This document shows, piece by piece, positions 1 through 12,809 of a stretch of DNA of 64,000 nt. Every line of letters begins with the position of its first letter. Positions within the stretch are counted from its first letter, which is position 1. The translations under genes and the position numbers were made by a program. The stretch comes from Octopus sinensis (Eukaryota). The DNA lies in the NCBI RefSeq assembly GCF_006345805.1, contig NC_042998.1, positions 83,204,001 through 83,268,000 of the forward strand, written 5' to 3'. Below the pieces are notes generated by a model. It was not told the DNA's origin and made no database searches. It saw nothing but the letters and a program-made list of their open reading frames with translations.

Positions 1-180
1 TCCATGTTCTATGCTGGCATGGGCTAGACAGTTTGACAGGATCCAATGGGCTCAAGGCCTGCATTGTGTTCCAGTATCTGTTTAGTATGGTTTCTATGGC
101 TGGATGCCCTCCCTAATGCAAACCACTTTACAACACACATTGAGTAGTCTTTTTTGTGCCACCAGCACTATTGAGGTCAC
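1..180 (-). mobile_element. Short copy of the RTE 3' end
   Basis: atgctggcatggg...ggctggatgccctccctaatgc matches the LINE 3' UTR at 26640-26800. Confidence 0.75.
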
Positions 181-1724
181 CATGAACCCTGACCGAAAGG
201 GGTAAGTTTATGTTAGGAGAATAAGTAAAGGGTATATAGTATGAGAGAAAGAGCCAGAGTAGAAGAGGTTTCTTGCAGTAAAGGAGCTACATGACTACTC
301 ATATTTTAGAAGAGAGGGTGGGGTGAAGCTGGAAAGTGATGAGAAAAGGGGTGAAGAGGTGTCAGAGTGGACCTTCAAGGAATAAGTGGGGCAGGGGTGC
401 CAGGAGTGAGTTGGGGGAATAGAAGATGTATGATAGTGCAGGGTAGCAAAATAGAAATGATAATAAAGTTTGAAATAAATATGAGGAAAAAAAATAAAAC
501 AACTTCATTACAGTTTCACATTTTCACAATTGTAGGGGCTCTAAAAAAAGCAACAAAAAACAAAAAAAAACGAATGCAGAAACAACCTCATTATTTTCCA
601 CCATGTATTACTTCCTTGTGTAACTGTGATGCTTGTTCTATAATTCATTTCTTTGCTTTTTTAAAAGTTTCAAGAGATTGTTCATATGACTCATCCATAA
701 ATCTCCATCTCTGAATTGCAACATGTGGTTACATAAATAGGTTTAGTCATGTTTTTGTACCCTTTAGTGTTGCTGTTATTAGGTAATCTCTTTCTGTTCC
801 TGCTACTAAGAGGCAGCTGTTTGAGTCTTTTGCAAAGAAGCCAACATACTTAATCTAAGCCTGTTCAGTTTTGCGAAATATGTAAATGCTGCTGGTTAAC
901 TATTCTTCTATTATTGTTATTATTCAACTGATGCTTCTTTTCATCAGTTTAATAAAATAATTTAGAGATGGATTTCATCTTTAAGAAAGTAAAACTCTGA
1001 TGTGTTATATAAGTCTAATTTTATCTTTTTTTTTTTGTTTGACACACCATCCTTAATGTCAGAGATGTTTACATTATTCAGCAGCCTTACTCATCACACT
1101 GTTGTACACACTGTGCTTCTCTCTAATCTGGAAGCACCATGCATAGTGTAGCAGAATTATCATGATATATGAATAACAAACAACCCATTTAATCTGTTGT
1201 CAAATACATAATAACAGTAGTTATAACAGTTACACAGTTTTCAAGAAATGAGCTTAACATGGGTTATAATGGGAGAAATTAAACTTTCCTTTACTCAGCA
1301 TGATTTCAATAAAATTTTCTTGCAGAGACTGAAATAACCAACCAGTGTTTAGATTTGTCAGGAACATTCTCTGTAAGTTGAGACATGAAATTCCTATAAA
1401 ATAATCAAGTTACTAAAAAACAAAACAAAAAAAATGCATAAATAGGTGGTCCTGGAGAATTGTGACTAGAAAACTGCTGATATCATGATGGGTGTTAAAG
1501 AAAGGTGTTTACTATGAGCATTTTTGTCTGCAGAGGATACTGGTATGACAAAGACCTTCATCAACAAAAATAAAAAGTAATTGAATCCAATGTAGTTAAG
1601 TTTATAATCTGGAATATGCAAATAATTGACAAGGAGAAGACTTATCTTATTTTATCAGTCTGGTTCTGGACTTAAGTAAAAATAAAACAAACACAATAAA
1701 AACTGCTGTTCTCATCAAACTGAA

Positions 1725-1875
1725 AAATTCTATCTGAAAGGTTAGCAGCTTTTCTTCTGACTTGATGCTCTGAGTTCAAATTCCACCTGGGTCAACTTTG
1801 CTTTGCATCCTTTTGGGGTTGATGTAACCAACTTGCACCCTTCCCCACGATTGCTAGCCTTGTGCTAAAATTTGA
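1725..1875 (+). mobile_element. SINE family C, degenerate
   Basis: ctgagttcaaattccacc..gtcaactttgc..catccttttggggttgat and tail. Confidence 0.7.
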
Positions 1876-2059
1876 AGCCAATATATTTTTTCAACTTTAT
1901 GAATATCTAGATCTCTAAGTTACTAATTTATTAACATGAGTATATCATATCATTGCTATATAGTACAGTCATGGAAGAGATGCAAATAATATTTTTCCTC
2001 TTCTTTTTTCCCTGTTCTTTTCTGCCTTGCAAATAGCTTGGCAGCTTCACTAGTATCAG

Positions 2060-2232
2060 TAGCATGAAGAAAACATTAGGTGCTCACTCTGACATAGTTG
2101 GTGTTAGGCAAGCTGTAGAAGCCATGCCAAAGTTGATGCTGGCAATCAGTACAACATTGCAGCATACCGGATCCTGTCAAACCATCCAAACCTTGCCAGC
2201 ATGGAAAACCAGTGTTAAATGAGGGCGATGAC
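2060..2232 (+). mobile_element. Short copy of the RTE 3' end
   Basis: Ends ...gccagcatggaaaaccagtgttaaatga. Confidence 0.7.
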
Positions 2233-2644
2233 GTCTGTTGGTTAGAGATCATTAGGGACAAAGATCTCTAACAAAAGGTCCAAGCGTTCCATGATAAAGG
2301 AAGATCCTAAACTTTGCTCTGTTATACCTGCATCTGATATTGCTAGAAGGGCTTTGTTAAGGGGAATGCATGAAATACATAAGAGATCTAATTAAAAGTG
2401 AGAGTTTACTTAGCAACAGCTGGAGAGTTGTACATTACCACAGGAACTGGACTATTGGTGTTAATAGCTTAAATTACAGCAAAAGCAATAATCAAAATAA
2501 AAATGCAAGCTCGTTTATCATTTGGCTTGTTAAAAAAAACCTCTACAGAACTTCTAGATAACTAAAATTTCTTTAATTTCAGTTATTGAAGTGGAATTAT
2601 AATGGGCAATTAAAATTCTGAATTATGAGCTAATAATTTCATTG

Positions 2645-2868
2645 ATAGTGCTGTTTGACTGGCTCCCGTGCCAGTGGCACATAAAAAGCACCATTTAAAC
2701 GTGGTCGATGCCAGTACCACCTGACTGGTGGCACGTAAAAAGCGCCCACTACACTCTGAGTGGTTGGCATTAGGAAGGGCATCCAGCTGTAGAAACCTTA
2801 TCAAATTGGAGCCTGGTGCAGCCTTCTGGCTTGTAGGCTCTCAGTCAAACCGTCCAAACCCATGTCAG
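2645..2868 (+). mobile_element. Short copy of the RTE 3' end
   Basis: gactggctcccgtgccagtggcacataaaaagcacc...ttaggaagggcatccagctgtagaaac. Confidence 0.85.
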
Positions 2869-3693
2869 ACTGAACTTATAAATTTGATAGCAAGTTGTTT
2901 AGAAACTGAGAAGATATTTCATTCTATGATGACATTTCACATAATTTATTTATGAAATATTACTATAAATACTTCCTATCTGAAGCCAGATAGTTTTCTG
3001 TTTAGATTCTTTTGATTCCTGTTCTGTAAGATTTATCGTTTGTATAGAATAGTATTCACTGCATTGGGATTATGTTGATGGATACATACCCTAACAAAGA
3101 TTTGAAATGACAGAATTGATGCATTAATAATACTGGAAATTCCTGTTATATTTTTCAGTAAAATTAACCCTGTTATTATATTAATTAAGAATTGCCTATT
3201 AATTACTTCCAGTTTCTATAGTTGTGTATTAATACATCAATTAATCATTGTTGGCTGTTTGATATATTCAACAAGCTTGTATGTACACTTCCTTTAACAA
3301 TGCACATTAAAATCAAATTATATTAAATTAAGCTAAAAACTTCTTTCATAATACTATGTGTATGGTTTACATTCTGAAGCTGTTATTTTAGACCTCTGTT
3401 TTAATCCAGGTCAACAACCAGCTAATAACTTTATAGATATTTATGTTAAAAGAATGCCTTTTAGAATACTGGAGATATTTGATGAAATCTTGCAAAGTTT
3501 CTACTAGATAACTTTGTTAAAATCACAGCTTCATGTTAATTTCCATAAATTATATATCAGATATGCAGGAAATATTTTGAGTTGAATATCTAAGAGATAA
3601 CGCATGTAAATTTCAAAAATTTATGATCTGACTTAAAGGCATGAAAGAGAACATTTTGAAATGGCTTTAAAGCTCATTAAAAGATATCATTAA

Positions 3694-3910
3694 CCCTTTC
3701 GTTTCCAAACTGGCTGAAACTGGCTCTGACTCTGAGTACTGACGTCTTATTTTCAAAAGTTTTGAATTAAAATCTTCCACCAAACATTAGTCACAATTTA
3801 TGTTCCTAACACTAACTGAATAACTAAGTTACTTTACTAAATGCTTTGTTATATTTAAAGTAATTGAAAGAAACACAGAGCATCTCAAAATAAATACAGT
3901 AACAAAAGGG
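3694..3910. mobile_element. piggyBac-like MITE (TTAA|CCCTTT...AAAGGG)
   Basis: TTAA at 3690-3693, TIRs ccctttcgtt / gtaacaaaaggg. The right TSD is degenerate. Confidence 0.55.
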
Positions 3911-3949
3911 TTTTTAAAAAAAGTGTGTTTAAATAAAGAATCTCATTTA

Positions 3950-4250
3950 CCTAGTTTGTGACTTCATAGTTAGATCATTTAGCTCACAATCACAGTCATG
4001 AGTTCAATTCCTTGCAACACTTTGGGTCCTTGAGCAAGACACTTTATTTCACGTTGCTCCAGTCCACTCAGCTGGCAAAAATAAATAGTACCTGTACTTC
4101 AAAGTGTCAGGCTTGTCACATTCTGTGTCTCACTGAATCTCTTTGAGAACTATTAAGGTTACACACGTCTGTGGAGTGCTTGGTCACTTGAATGTTAATC
4201 TCATGAGCAGACTGTTTCATTGATCAGATCAACTAGAACACTTCTCATCA
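3950..4250 (+). mobile_element. SINE family D
   Basis: Collinear with 38043-38362. Confidence 0.85.
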
Positions 4251-4327
4251 TGCCAGTTATTTAGATGTGTTATATATATACATTTTTGTTAGAAAGCTAA
4301 ACAATTTTACTTCTTTTTTCTCTCCAG

Positions 4328-4456
4328 ATATCCGTATGGAAGACTTTTTGTATGAGAAAGTTGATAAAAAGAAGAGAGACAGGTATACAAATGCTGAACA
4401 GTTGGGTCAAGTAATGATCGACTCTGGGAACGACTATGGTCCAGGAACTGCTTATG
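4328..4456 (+). CDS. SH3GLB1: Endophilin-B (N-BAR domain) coding exon, 129 nt, phase 1 to phase 1: xIRMEDFLYEKVDKKKRDRYTNAEQLGQVMIDSGNDYGPGTAYG
   Basis: Acceptor ttttttctctccAG and donor GTAAAT. The peptide matches the endophilin-B1 segment ARIEEFVYEKLDRK...LGQYMIDAGTEFGPGTAYG and joins in frame to the 33455 exon (G+GA = Gly). Confidence 0.96.
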
Positions 4457-4679
4457 GTAAATTTAACTTTTAATTTACTTTTTATTATTTTTTTTTTGCA
4501 TTTGTAACTGATTTTTGTACTTTCTCCATGTAATTCTTTTGTTCCTCAGAGATCTCAAAAAGAAAAGGAAAAAATAAGAAAAACAAGCATAGGCGCAACC
4601 CTTCTTAAACATATAAGTTAGAATCCATTTTGATATTATCATGAGGATTTAGTTTAATATAGATTATTCATGTATCTCA

Positions 4680-4860
4680 TATTATGGCTTAAGTGAGTTG
4701 ACAGAATCATTAGAACATTCTGCTAAGGTTAACTTTGCTCTTCATCCCTTCAGGGTTGATAAAATAGAGTATGAGTCAAATATTGAAATAACCAATGGTA
4801 TTGAGTAACCCCCTTCTCCTCAAAACTGTTAGCCATGTGCCTAAATCAGAGACCCTATTA
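4680..4860 (+). mobile_element. SINE family C, degenerate
   Basis: ggttaactttgctcttcatcccttcagggttgataaaat motif. Confidence 0.6.
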
Positions 4861-4959
4861 TGGCTTCCAGTTCAAATCACTTCCAGCTTCCAGTTCAAAT
4901 CTCTTGTTATCATCCTCATCAGCTCTTGGACTTTGGACTTTATGGCTTCAAGCTCTAGA

Positions 4960-5170
4960 ACTTACAGGCCCAGATGCTCAATTTCCATGGTGTATAAGTG
5001 ACTGATAACTCAACATTCCCTTTGAATGGACACCAGTCCCTCAAAGGGCTATTCATTTGTAACTGAATGAACTGAAACAATGTGAAATAAAGCAATTTGC
5101 TCAGGATCACAATGCACCAGCCAATCTGGGAATTGAAATCACAATCTTGCAATCATGAGTGCAACACCCT
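4960..5170 (-). mobile_element. Family D-related SINE, degenerate
   Basis: Reverse-complement head and CORE-like segment (aatttgctcaggatcacaatgc). Confidence 0.55.
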
Positions 5171-5565
5171 AACAACTAACCTACTGATGAACTAAGGGCC
5201 ACTTAAAAGTCACTCGACTGGTTTTCTGTAGACCTCTTTAAGCATGAAATCTAAAACTTTGACAGGAGAAAATATGAGTCCTGGTATTCCTGAGCGGCCT
5301 ATTATCATAAGAGATGTAAATTAAAGTGTAATAATACTATACTGTATGCTCAGTTGTTATATTATGCAGAAATAAAAATGCATGCTAAATTAACTGTCAA
5401 TCAGTTACAGTGTAGTGTGTTTCATCATCTTGAAGTGAGAGTAACATAAACATTTGTCTAGTTGCTTGGCTTATTTATAAATACTTCATACATATCTATC
5501 AAAATATTCCACTGGGTATTGTTAAGTAGATCCAAGTTGTGAGCCTATAAAATGGAGCAAGTTAT

Positions 5566-5880
5566 CATCATCATTTTACATCCGTTCATGATGGCATGGG
5601 TTTGACAGTTTGACTGGGCTGGCATGCTGGAAGGCTGAACCAGACTCCAGTCTGATTTGGCATGTTTTTCTATGGCTGGATGCCCTTTCTAATGCCAACC
5701 ACTCTGAGAGTGTAATGAGTGCTTTTACATGCCACCAGCACGGGTGCCATTTGCATAACATCAGGGTGCGTTTACGTGCCATGGGTATCTGCCACCACTG
5801 CGATTTTGCTTGGCTTGGTGGATCTTCTTCCCAAGCACAACATAATGTCATGAGACCCAGTACTCAAAAGGAACTCAGCC
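5566..5880 (-). mobile_element. RTE 3' fragment including the last ORF codons
   Basis: (CAT)n tail, 3' UTR and tcttcttcccaagcacaacat matching the LINE C-terminal region. Confidence 0.85.
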
Positions 5881-6056
5881 ACTTCGCCTCCATCAGGCCC
5901 AACACTTGAAAGGAACTCAGCCACTTTGCTTCTGTCAGGCCCAACGCTTGAAAGGAACTCAGCCACTTTGCCTCCATCAGGCCCAATGTTCAAAAGGAAC
6001 TCAGCCACTTTGCCTCCATCAGGCCCAAAGCTCGAAAGGAACTCCACCACTTTTCC
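5866..6056. repeat. 42-bp tandem repeat, about 4.5 units, at the 5' junction of a truncated RTE 3' fragment
   Basis: GGAACTC recurs at 5870, 5912, 5954, 5996 and 6038. Confidence 0.92.
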
Positions 6057-6174
6057 CTTTGAACGTTGGGCCTGATGGAGGTACTCATCCACTTTGTATT
6101 TCAAACGTTGTAGAAATGAAAGAAATATTAAATAAAAGCATAATTTAAGTAGAGAACAAAAATCTGATTGATCT

Positions 6175-6390
6175 AATCCTTTCTACTATAGGCACAAGTC
6201 CTGAAATTTTGGGGGAGGGGATCAGTCAACTACATCGACACCAGTGTTTCACTAGTACTTAATTTATCAACCCCGACCCTGGCGGCATGTGAACTCAGAA
6301 TATAAAAACAGGCAAAATACCGCTCAAGCATTTTAACGATTCTGGCATGCTAACGATTCTGGCATGCTAACGATTCTGCCAGCTTGCCAC
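6175..6390 (-). mobile_element. SINE family C with a tandem 18-bp duplication in the head (TAACGATTCTGGCATGC)
   Basis: Reverse complement of the family C tail and head with a central deletion. Confidence 0.75.
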
Positions 6391-6564
6391 TTCTGATTAA
6401 TCTAATAATATACAGGTACTGTAAATGCAGAAAAATAAAATATTGTATGTTTAGGAAGCAATGATCCCATTTTTTGGATATGCTAAAAACTTTCTTTTAT
6501 TTAGCAAAGATTAACACAAATTCTCTTTGCTCTAATTAACAGCACATTTTCTTTATAATAAAAT

Positions 6565-6885
6565 CTGCATGGGTCATTGCCAGTGCCGCCTGACTGGCTC
6601 CCATCTGAACATCATCGCTGCCAGCCCCCCACTCCGACTGGCTCCTGTGCTGATAGCACATAAAAAGCACCATCCAAACATGGCTGGTGCCAGTGCCACC
6701 TGACTGGCTCCCATGCCAGTGGCATGTAAAAAGCACCCATTACACTCTTGGAGTGGTTGACATTAGGAAGAACATTGTCAGATCAGATTAGAGCCTGGTA
6801 TGGCTTCCTGGCTTGCAAGTCGCCAGTCAAACCATCCAAGCCATGCCAGCATGGTAAGCGGATGTTAAATGATGACAATGATGAT
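6565..6885 (+). mobile_element. Short copy of the RTE 3' end with internal tandem units
   Basis: Repeated gactggctcc..tgccagtggca..taaaaagcacc, then (GAT)n tail. Confidence 0.85.
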
Positions 6886-7797
6886 ATTGATGACATTACT
6901 AAAGCAACTGATATCCAGAAATGGGTGCTGCTTTGTGTATGTATGTATGTTTAAAGATAGATGGATAGATAGACAGACAGATAGATTGATCAGAGCATTA
7001 TTGTAGATAGGAACTACAAGGTCCCTTGGAAACACTGCTTAAAAGAAAGAGATAGAAGAATTCCTTTGGACTATAACTCTGACAGGTCTAAAGATTTCAA
7101 TATCTGTTTATGAATATTGACATTTCAATTACAAATCAAGTGCCTGGTTAAAATTACTAAAAAATGTTGTATGCTTTCTGATACTTAACTCAAATAAATT
7201 GGATTTGGGGAATTTAAATAGGAACCTTAATGAATACAAATATAAAAAATATTGATAGTTTAGATATTTCATTTCTCTATGTTGGTTACTGACTATTATT
7301 TTTTCTTGATAAATATAGCTTTTTATTTAGTTTAGGTTGAAAACCATCTAATAATGTTTTATAACATTACACATTTACATTATGCAGTTATCATAAACAT
7401 TATAATACTTAATGTCTAATACCATATTCTATAAAATAAAATTATCGATAATGTTACTCTGTTGTCGTTGATGTAAATAGCTCATGTTCACATGCACATT
7501 CACGGATGTGCTCTTTTTTTTGTATACATGCATGTATTACATCTGTATATGTTTACATGTATAATTCATCATATGCATGTACATATGTAGTCAAAGAAAA
7601 GGTATTTAATAATGCTGCTAATGTGGTTTGAAAGTGTCATGTTAGCATTTCTAAATCTGAAGAGAAAGAGGATTAAATGTAATTCCCAGGGACTGAAGAA
7701 GTGAGTTAGTCTCTGCCTAATGGTTGTATGGAAATTTATCCAATTAGTGCCACCTTACTGTAAGGTTAACCATTAACACAATGTATGGTGTGACAGT

Positions 7798-7875
7798 TTA
7801 TTATTATTATTATTATTATGATTACTATTATTATGATTATTAATATTTTTATTATTATTATCATTATTATTATTA

Positions 7876-7916
<41 letters not shown>
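7798..7916. repeat. (TTA)n microsatellite, imperfect
   Basis: Direct reading. Source of the poly-N ORF 7773-8051. Confidence 0.95.
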
Positions 7917-7919
<3 letters not shown>

Positions 7920-9117
7920 TAGTCTTATTTTCATTATGTGCTTTCTCAGCTCTACCAAGCACAGCTCTGTGTGCCTTAGGTATGTGCTGTGGTTTGTTGT
8001 GCTATTCTCATTTTTACTGTATTGAAAGTGTTTTACATAGGTTGTGTACATAGCCTAGTACTGCTATTTTCTGTATGTTATACATACTTCTAAATTTTAA
8101 ATCCTGGGGGTTTTGTTATGTATTTGTATGTTTATATTTTTTTTTATGGTACCTAATGCACCTACTAAAATAGGAATTGTTTCTGTTTTTAGACTCCACT
8201 TTCAAGTTACCATATTTCCAGATCTTTGTATTTTGAAAGTTTCTCCATTTCTTTTAGAGAAATATTGTCGTCTGTTGGTATTGATACATTGATTAGAAAG
8301 CATTATAGCTATTTATACCGTCTCAAATGTTCTCTTCTTTATCATTGTTAAATGTCTATGAAGGCTGTGAAGCTGTAGAAATCATGAGACACACGCCTAT
8401 ATATCTTATAATATTTGGTAGGGCCCTTCTAAATTCTGGGTTCAAATTCCTGCATTATTGGTAAAATAAATATCACTCATCTACTGTGATAAATTCATGT
8501 AGTTATATTGGGCTGTAAGTAAGTGTGAGAATCTTTTTTTCATCCCCTGTAGAAGTTTCTAGATGAATACTGAAGTACATGCACTCCATTCCTGTTAGGA
8601 TGTAGAAGAATGGGAAAAGATGGAATTGAATCCTGAAGGTGGTGAGCAGTGCAAAACTGACTCAAGATAAACAGAAAGAGAAATAAATGTGAAAGATTGT
8701 GAAATACTATTGAAAGAGTTGAGAGAAGTTGCAGGTTTTCACTGCATGCATGTGAGATGGAATAGGCAAGTGGTGGTTGTTGGAGGTTGCCAAAATTAGC
8801 TGATTGACATATTTTATGGTAACTATAAAAATAATAAGAAAAACATATTATTAGCATATAACATAAATAACAAGCAAAAGAGAAAATATATCTTATCTTT
8901 ATGTTGTCACTAGAAATTGGAATGCTGTCATTGAAGCATCATACAAAAAAAATAAACCCTATGCTGTATGTCAAAAAAAGAGTTGTGTTGTAAAGTTAGG
9001 TTGTATGTAATAATCATCGGATCTTCAGAAAAGCTGCTACATAAATATATATGTTAGCTAGAAAAGAAAATATTACATTTCATCTTTGTTTTTATAGTAT
9101 GTTGTTTATTTTATATT

Positions 9118-9262
9118 CATCATCATTTAGCATCTGTTGTCCATACTGACATGGGTTGAAGGGTTAGACCAGGGCTGGCAAGCTGGAAGGTTGTGCCAGA
9201 CACACAGTCTACAGCTGGATGCCCTTCCTAATGCCAACCACTCTGAGAGTGGAATGGGTTGC
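9118..9262 (-). mobile_element. Short copy of the RTE 3' end
   Basis: catcatcatttagcatc...gctggatgcccttcctaatgccaaccactctgagag. Confidence 0.8.
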
Positions 9263-9307
9263 TTAGTAATATTAATTGCTTTCTGCAACATAGGAGCAAC
9301 GATATAT

Positions 9308-9625
9308 CATCATCATCATCTTCATTGTTGTTTTAATGTCCACCATTTCATGATTGCTTAGGCAAGCAGAATTTATTGAGAAAGAATGTCTAAAACTGGA
9401 TGCTTTTCCAGTTGCCAACCCTTACATGTTTTCTAGTAAAGTAATATTTCCCCTTGGCTGATCGTGTTTCCATGGAAAGTTTGAAATAGAAGACAGCTTT
9501 TATGACTGTGGCACCCTTCTACAGCTATTGCATGATGTCATGACAATGTCACACAGGCACGCACACATTGAGAGAGTGAGAATCTTTCACTTTCTGTTTA
9601 CTAGATTTACTCACAAGGCTTTTTA
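9308..9625 (-). mobile_element. SINE family B (same head/CORE as family A, different tail ending in (TGA)n)
   Basis: catcatcat...ttgccaacccttac...gtaatatttccc tail module followed by a truncated body. Confidence 0.7.
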
Positions 9626-9775
9626 CTATTAAATTCATCTTCAGAAATAACAACTTTAGATTTCTGCTTCAAATAAATAAAGGATCCTACTTCAAATCTG
9701 GGAATATAACCCCTAATATTGATTGAACAACGGAAAAAGAAAAAAAGAAAATGAAAGAAAAAATTCAAAATGCGA

Positions 9776-10186
9776 TTCTTTTACTTGTTTCAGTCATTTG
9801 ACTGTGGCCATGCTGGAGCACCGCCTTTAGTCAAGCAAATTGACCCCAAAACTTATTCTTTGTAAGCCTAGTACTTATTCTGTTGGCTTCTTTTGCTGAA
9901 CCTCTAAGTTACTGGGATGTAAACACACCAGCATCAGTTGGGGGGCACAAACATATACACACACATACATATATGTATATATATAGAGATATATATATAT
10001 ATATATATATGTATAGATTTGTCGGACTTCTTTCAGTTGCCGTCTACCAAATCCACTCACAAGGCTTTGGTCAGCCCAAGGCTGTAGTAAAAGGCACTTG
10101 CCCAAGGTGCCATGCAGTGGGACTGAACCTGGAACCTTATGGTTGGTAAGCAAGCTATTTTCAGCACAGCTACTCCTGTGCCTATT
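9776..10186 (-). mobile_element. tRNA-derived CORE-type SINE, family A (tail ...CAGTCAAATGACTGAAACAAGTAAAAG)
   Basis: Full reverse complement of the family A layout with internal (TA)n. Confidence 0.9.
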
Positions 10187-10745
10187 ATGAATATTTTAAA
10201 GAAAAATATTCCCTCTTAAAGGTCTTAAAGATTACTTCATTACTTGTTTTTGTTTTATTAATCTTGAAGAAGTGTAAAGCAAAGCAGACTCTAATGGGCT
10301 TTGAACTTACTACCATAAGACACTAAACTAGATTGGCAATAAAGCATCCACTTAGGTATCTATTTATTTATTTTAATTTTTTTTTTAGATGATTTCACAT
10401 TTTTTTCTGTCAGTCATTATTGAACAGATATAAAAGACAACTTGACAATACCTAGCAAACTAAACAGTTCCCAGCATTTAGTTGAGTCTTTTGTCCTGGC
10501 TTCAAATTCATCAGTGCCAGTACAATAAATACCAGGGTCAGCTTCATTGATCACAGTGCTCCTCTTACAAATGTATGACCTTATGCCAACATAAGAAATC
10601 AATGTAGAGCACATGTAACAAGAGAATAATCTGGCTGAAAGTGTCTGATTATTGAGGACAGAAAAGTTAAGAATGGTGAATATAAACAACTTTTCCCAAT
10701 GCAAAAACTTCTATCACAAGTGAATCTGCTTTCATTCTCACTGTT

Positions 10746-10776
<31 letters not shown>

Positions 10777-11025
10777 TCTCATTACTATTGTGAATCACTT
10801 CTAATCTGGCCTTCATTTTAAACATTTACTTTTATCGCTGAGATTTTTTGTGACTAGATATGGGTTGACAGGAACTTAGAAATGTTCAAGAACTAATGAC
10901 TGCACAAAATTTCAAAAGCAAATTGTCAGATATGCAAACATTTCAAACAGATTGACACAGCAATAGCTTATTGCTGATTCAGACCCATGCAATGCTCCTA
11001 TGAGACCATAAAGTGTCCCCCCACT

Positions 11026-11790
11026 CTAGACCTTGATGTGTCCCTCTGCTCTAGACCTTGACGTGTCCCTCTGCTTTAGACCTTGACGTGTCCCTCTGCT
11101 CTAGACCTTGACGTGTCCCTCTGCTCTAGACCTTGACGTGTCCTTCTGCTCTAGACCTCGACATGTCCCTCTACTTTAGACCTCGACGTGTCCCTCTGCT
11201 TTAGACCTCAACGTGTCCCTCTGCTTTAGACCTCGACGTGTCCCTCTGCTTTAGACCTCAACGTGTCCCTCTGCTTTAGACCTCGATGTGTCCCTCTGAT
11301 CTAGACCTCGCCGTGTCCCTCTGCTCTAGACCTTGCCGTGTCCCTCTGCTCTAGACCTCAATGTGTCCCTCTGCTCTAGACCTCGACGTGTCCCTCTGCT
11401 TTAGACCTCGATGTGTCCCTCTGCTTTAGACCTCGATGTGTCCCTCTGATCTAGACCTCGCCGTGTCCCTCTGCTCTAGACCTCGCCGTGTCCCTCTGCT
11501 CTAGACCTCGCCGTGTCCCTCTGCTCTAGACCTCAATGTGTCCCTCTGCTCTAGACCTCGACGTGTCCCTCTGCTTTAGACCTCAACGTGTCCCTCTGCT
11601 TTAGACCTCGATATGTCCCTCTGATCTAGACCTCGCCGTGTCCCTCTGCTCTAGACCTCTCCGTGTCCCTCTGCTCTAGACCTCGCCGTGTCCCTCTGCT
11701 CTAGACCTCGCCGTGTCCCTCTGCTCTAGACCTCAATGTGTCCCTCTGCTCTAGACCTCGACGTGACCCTCTGCTCTAGACCTCGATGTG
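11026..11790. repeat. 25-bp minisatellite, 30 full units plus a partial one, consensus (C/T)TAGACCTCGACGTGTCCCTCTGCT
   Basis: Exact 25-nt period with no indels from 11026 to 11775. Confidence 0.98.
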
Positions 11791-12639
11791 TTCTCCCCTA
11801 TCAACCCCAATGAGACAAAATGTCCCCGCTCTAATTCTAAACCACAAAGTGTCCCAATCCGGAGTCACTGACTCTAGTGTGCTAATTGTTTAGAGTTTCT
11901 AATCCAAAAATAATAAAAGTGCATAAACTTTTATCTCTATTATGTTATTAATCTAATAAGTGTTTGCTCTAAAGATACTATTGCCATAGAAATTGTAGCA
12001 GTGGCTATTATTTGTCTATCAAAATATACAGACATCTCACTGTTTGTATAGTCTGTGACAAAATAATGAGTTTTATATATATGACACTAACAATAATAAT
12101 ATTCAGGCATATGATGGCCTGATAATATTTCATGTTATCATCTTGTGTGTCATAGATAATCATGAAAAAATTTCCAATTCAGCTGTAATTACTTTTAATT
12201 GAATATATTTGAAGATTATAGTATTATTGATAATTGCACTCAGTTAGCTCTAAGATTAATTCCTTCCTTCTTTTCATGTATTCCTAATTATTAATTATAT
12301 ATTTTTGATAGAATTACAACACTTTCAGTTGTAAATGAAAGTAACTGAGATTATGTGGCATTCATCGCTTACTCAAGATCATTAGTAAATAACTGAAGTG
12401 AAATGGGTGCAACTTGGACACAAAACTCAGCTTGTCACTGAGATTATTACACCATTGCTTTTATCCACTGGTTTAATTTTTTGCTTTATATTCTTTTATA
12501 TTGCTGAAGAAAATCCATTAGAATAATCTTAGGAGCATGTATGAAATTATCGTTTCCTGCAATTATTTTCAATACTGTCTTTCTATTATTTAAAATAATT
12601 TCTGAATACTGTATATGTGTATGTGGAGGGGCAGGGCTC

Positions 12640-12790
12640 ATCATCATCATTTAATGTCCATGCTCTTTATTGTTATGGGGTAAACAGTTTGACAGGATCC
12701 AATGTGCTCCACTGTCTATTTTTGCATGGGTTCTATTGCTGGATGACCTTCCTAATACCAACCATTTTTCAGCATTTACTGGGTGTTGGT
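12640..12790 (-). mobile_element. Short copy of the RTE 3' end, degenerate
   Basis: catcatcatcatttaatgtcc...gctggatgaccttcctaatacc. Confidence 0.7.
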
Positions 12791-12809
12791 TTTTGGGGGG
12801 TTTTATTCT

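Noticed and set aside
5772-6104. 110-aa ORF with GPDGGKVAEFLSSV repeats
   Set aside because: Product of the 42-bp tandem repeat. No independent coding evidence.
10417-10704. 95-aa minus-strand ORF
   Set aside because: No recognisable similarity. Length is within chance expectation.
11026-11790. CRISPR-like array
   Set aside because: Units are contiguous with no unique spacers, the context is a eukaryotic intron and there are no cas genes. It is a minisatellite.
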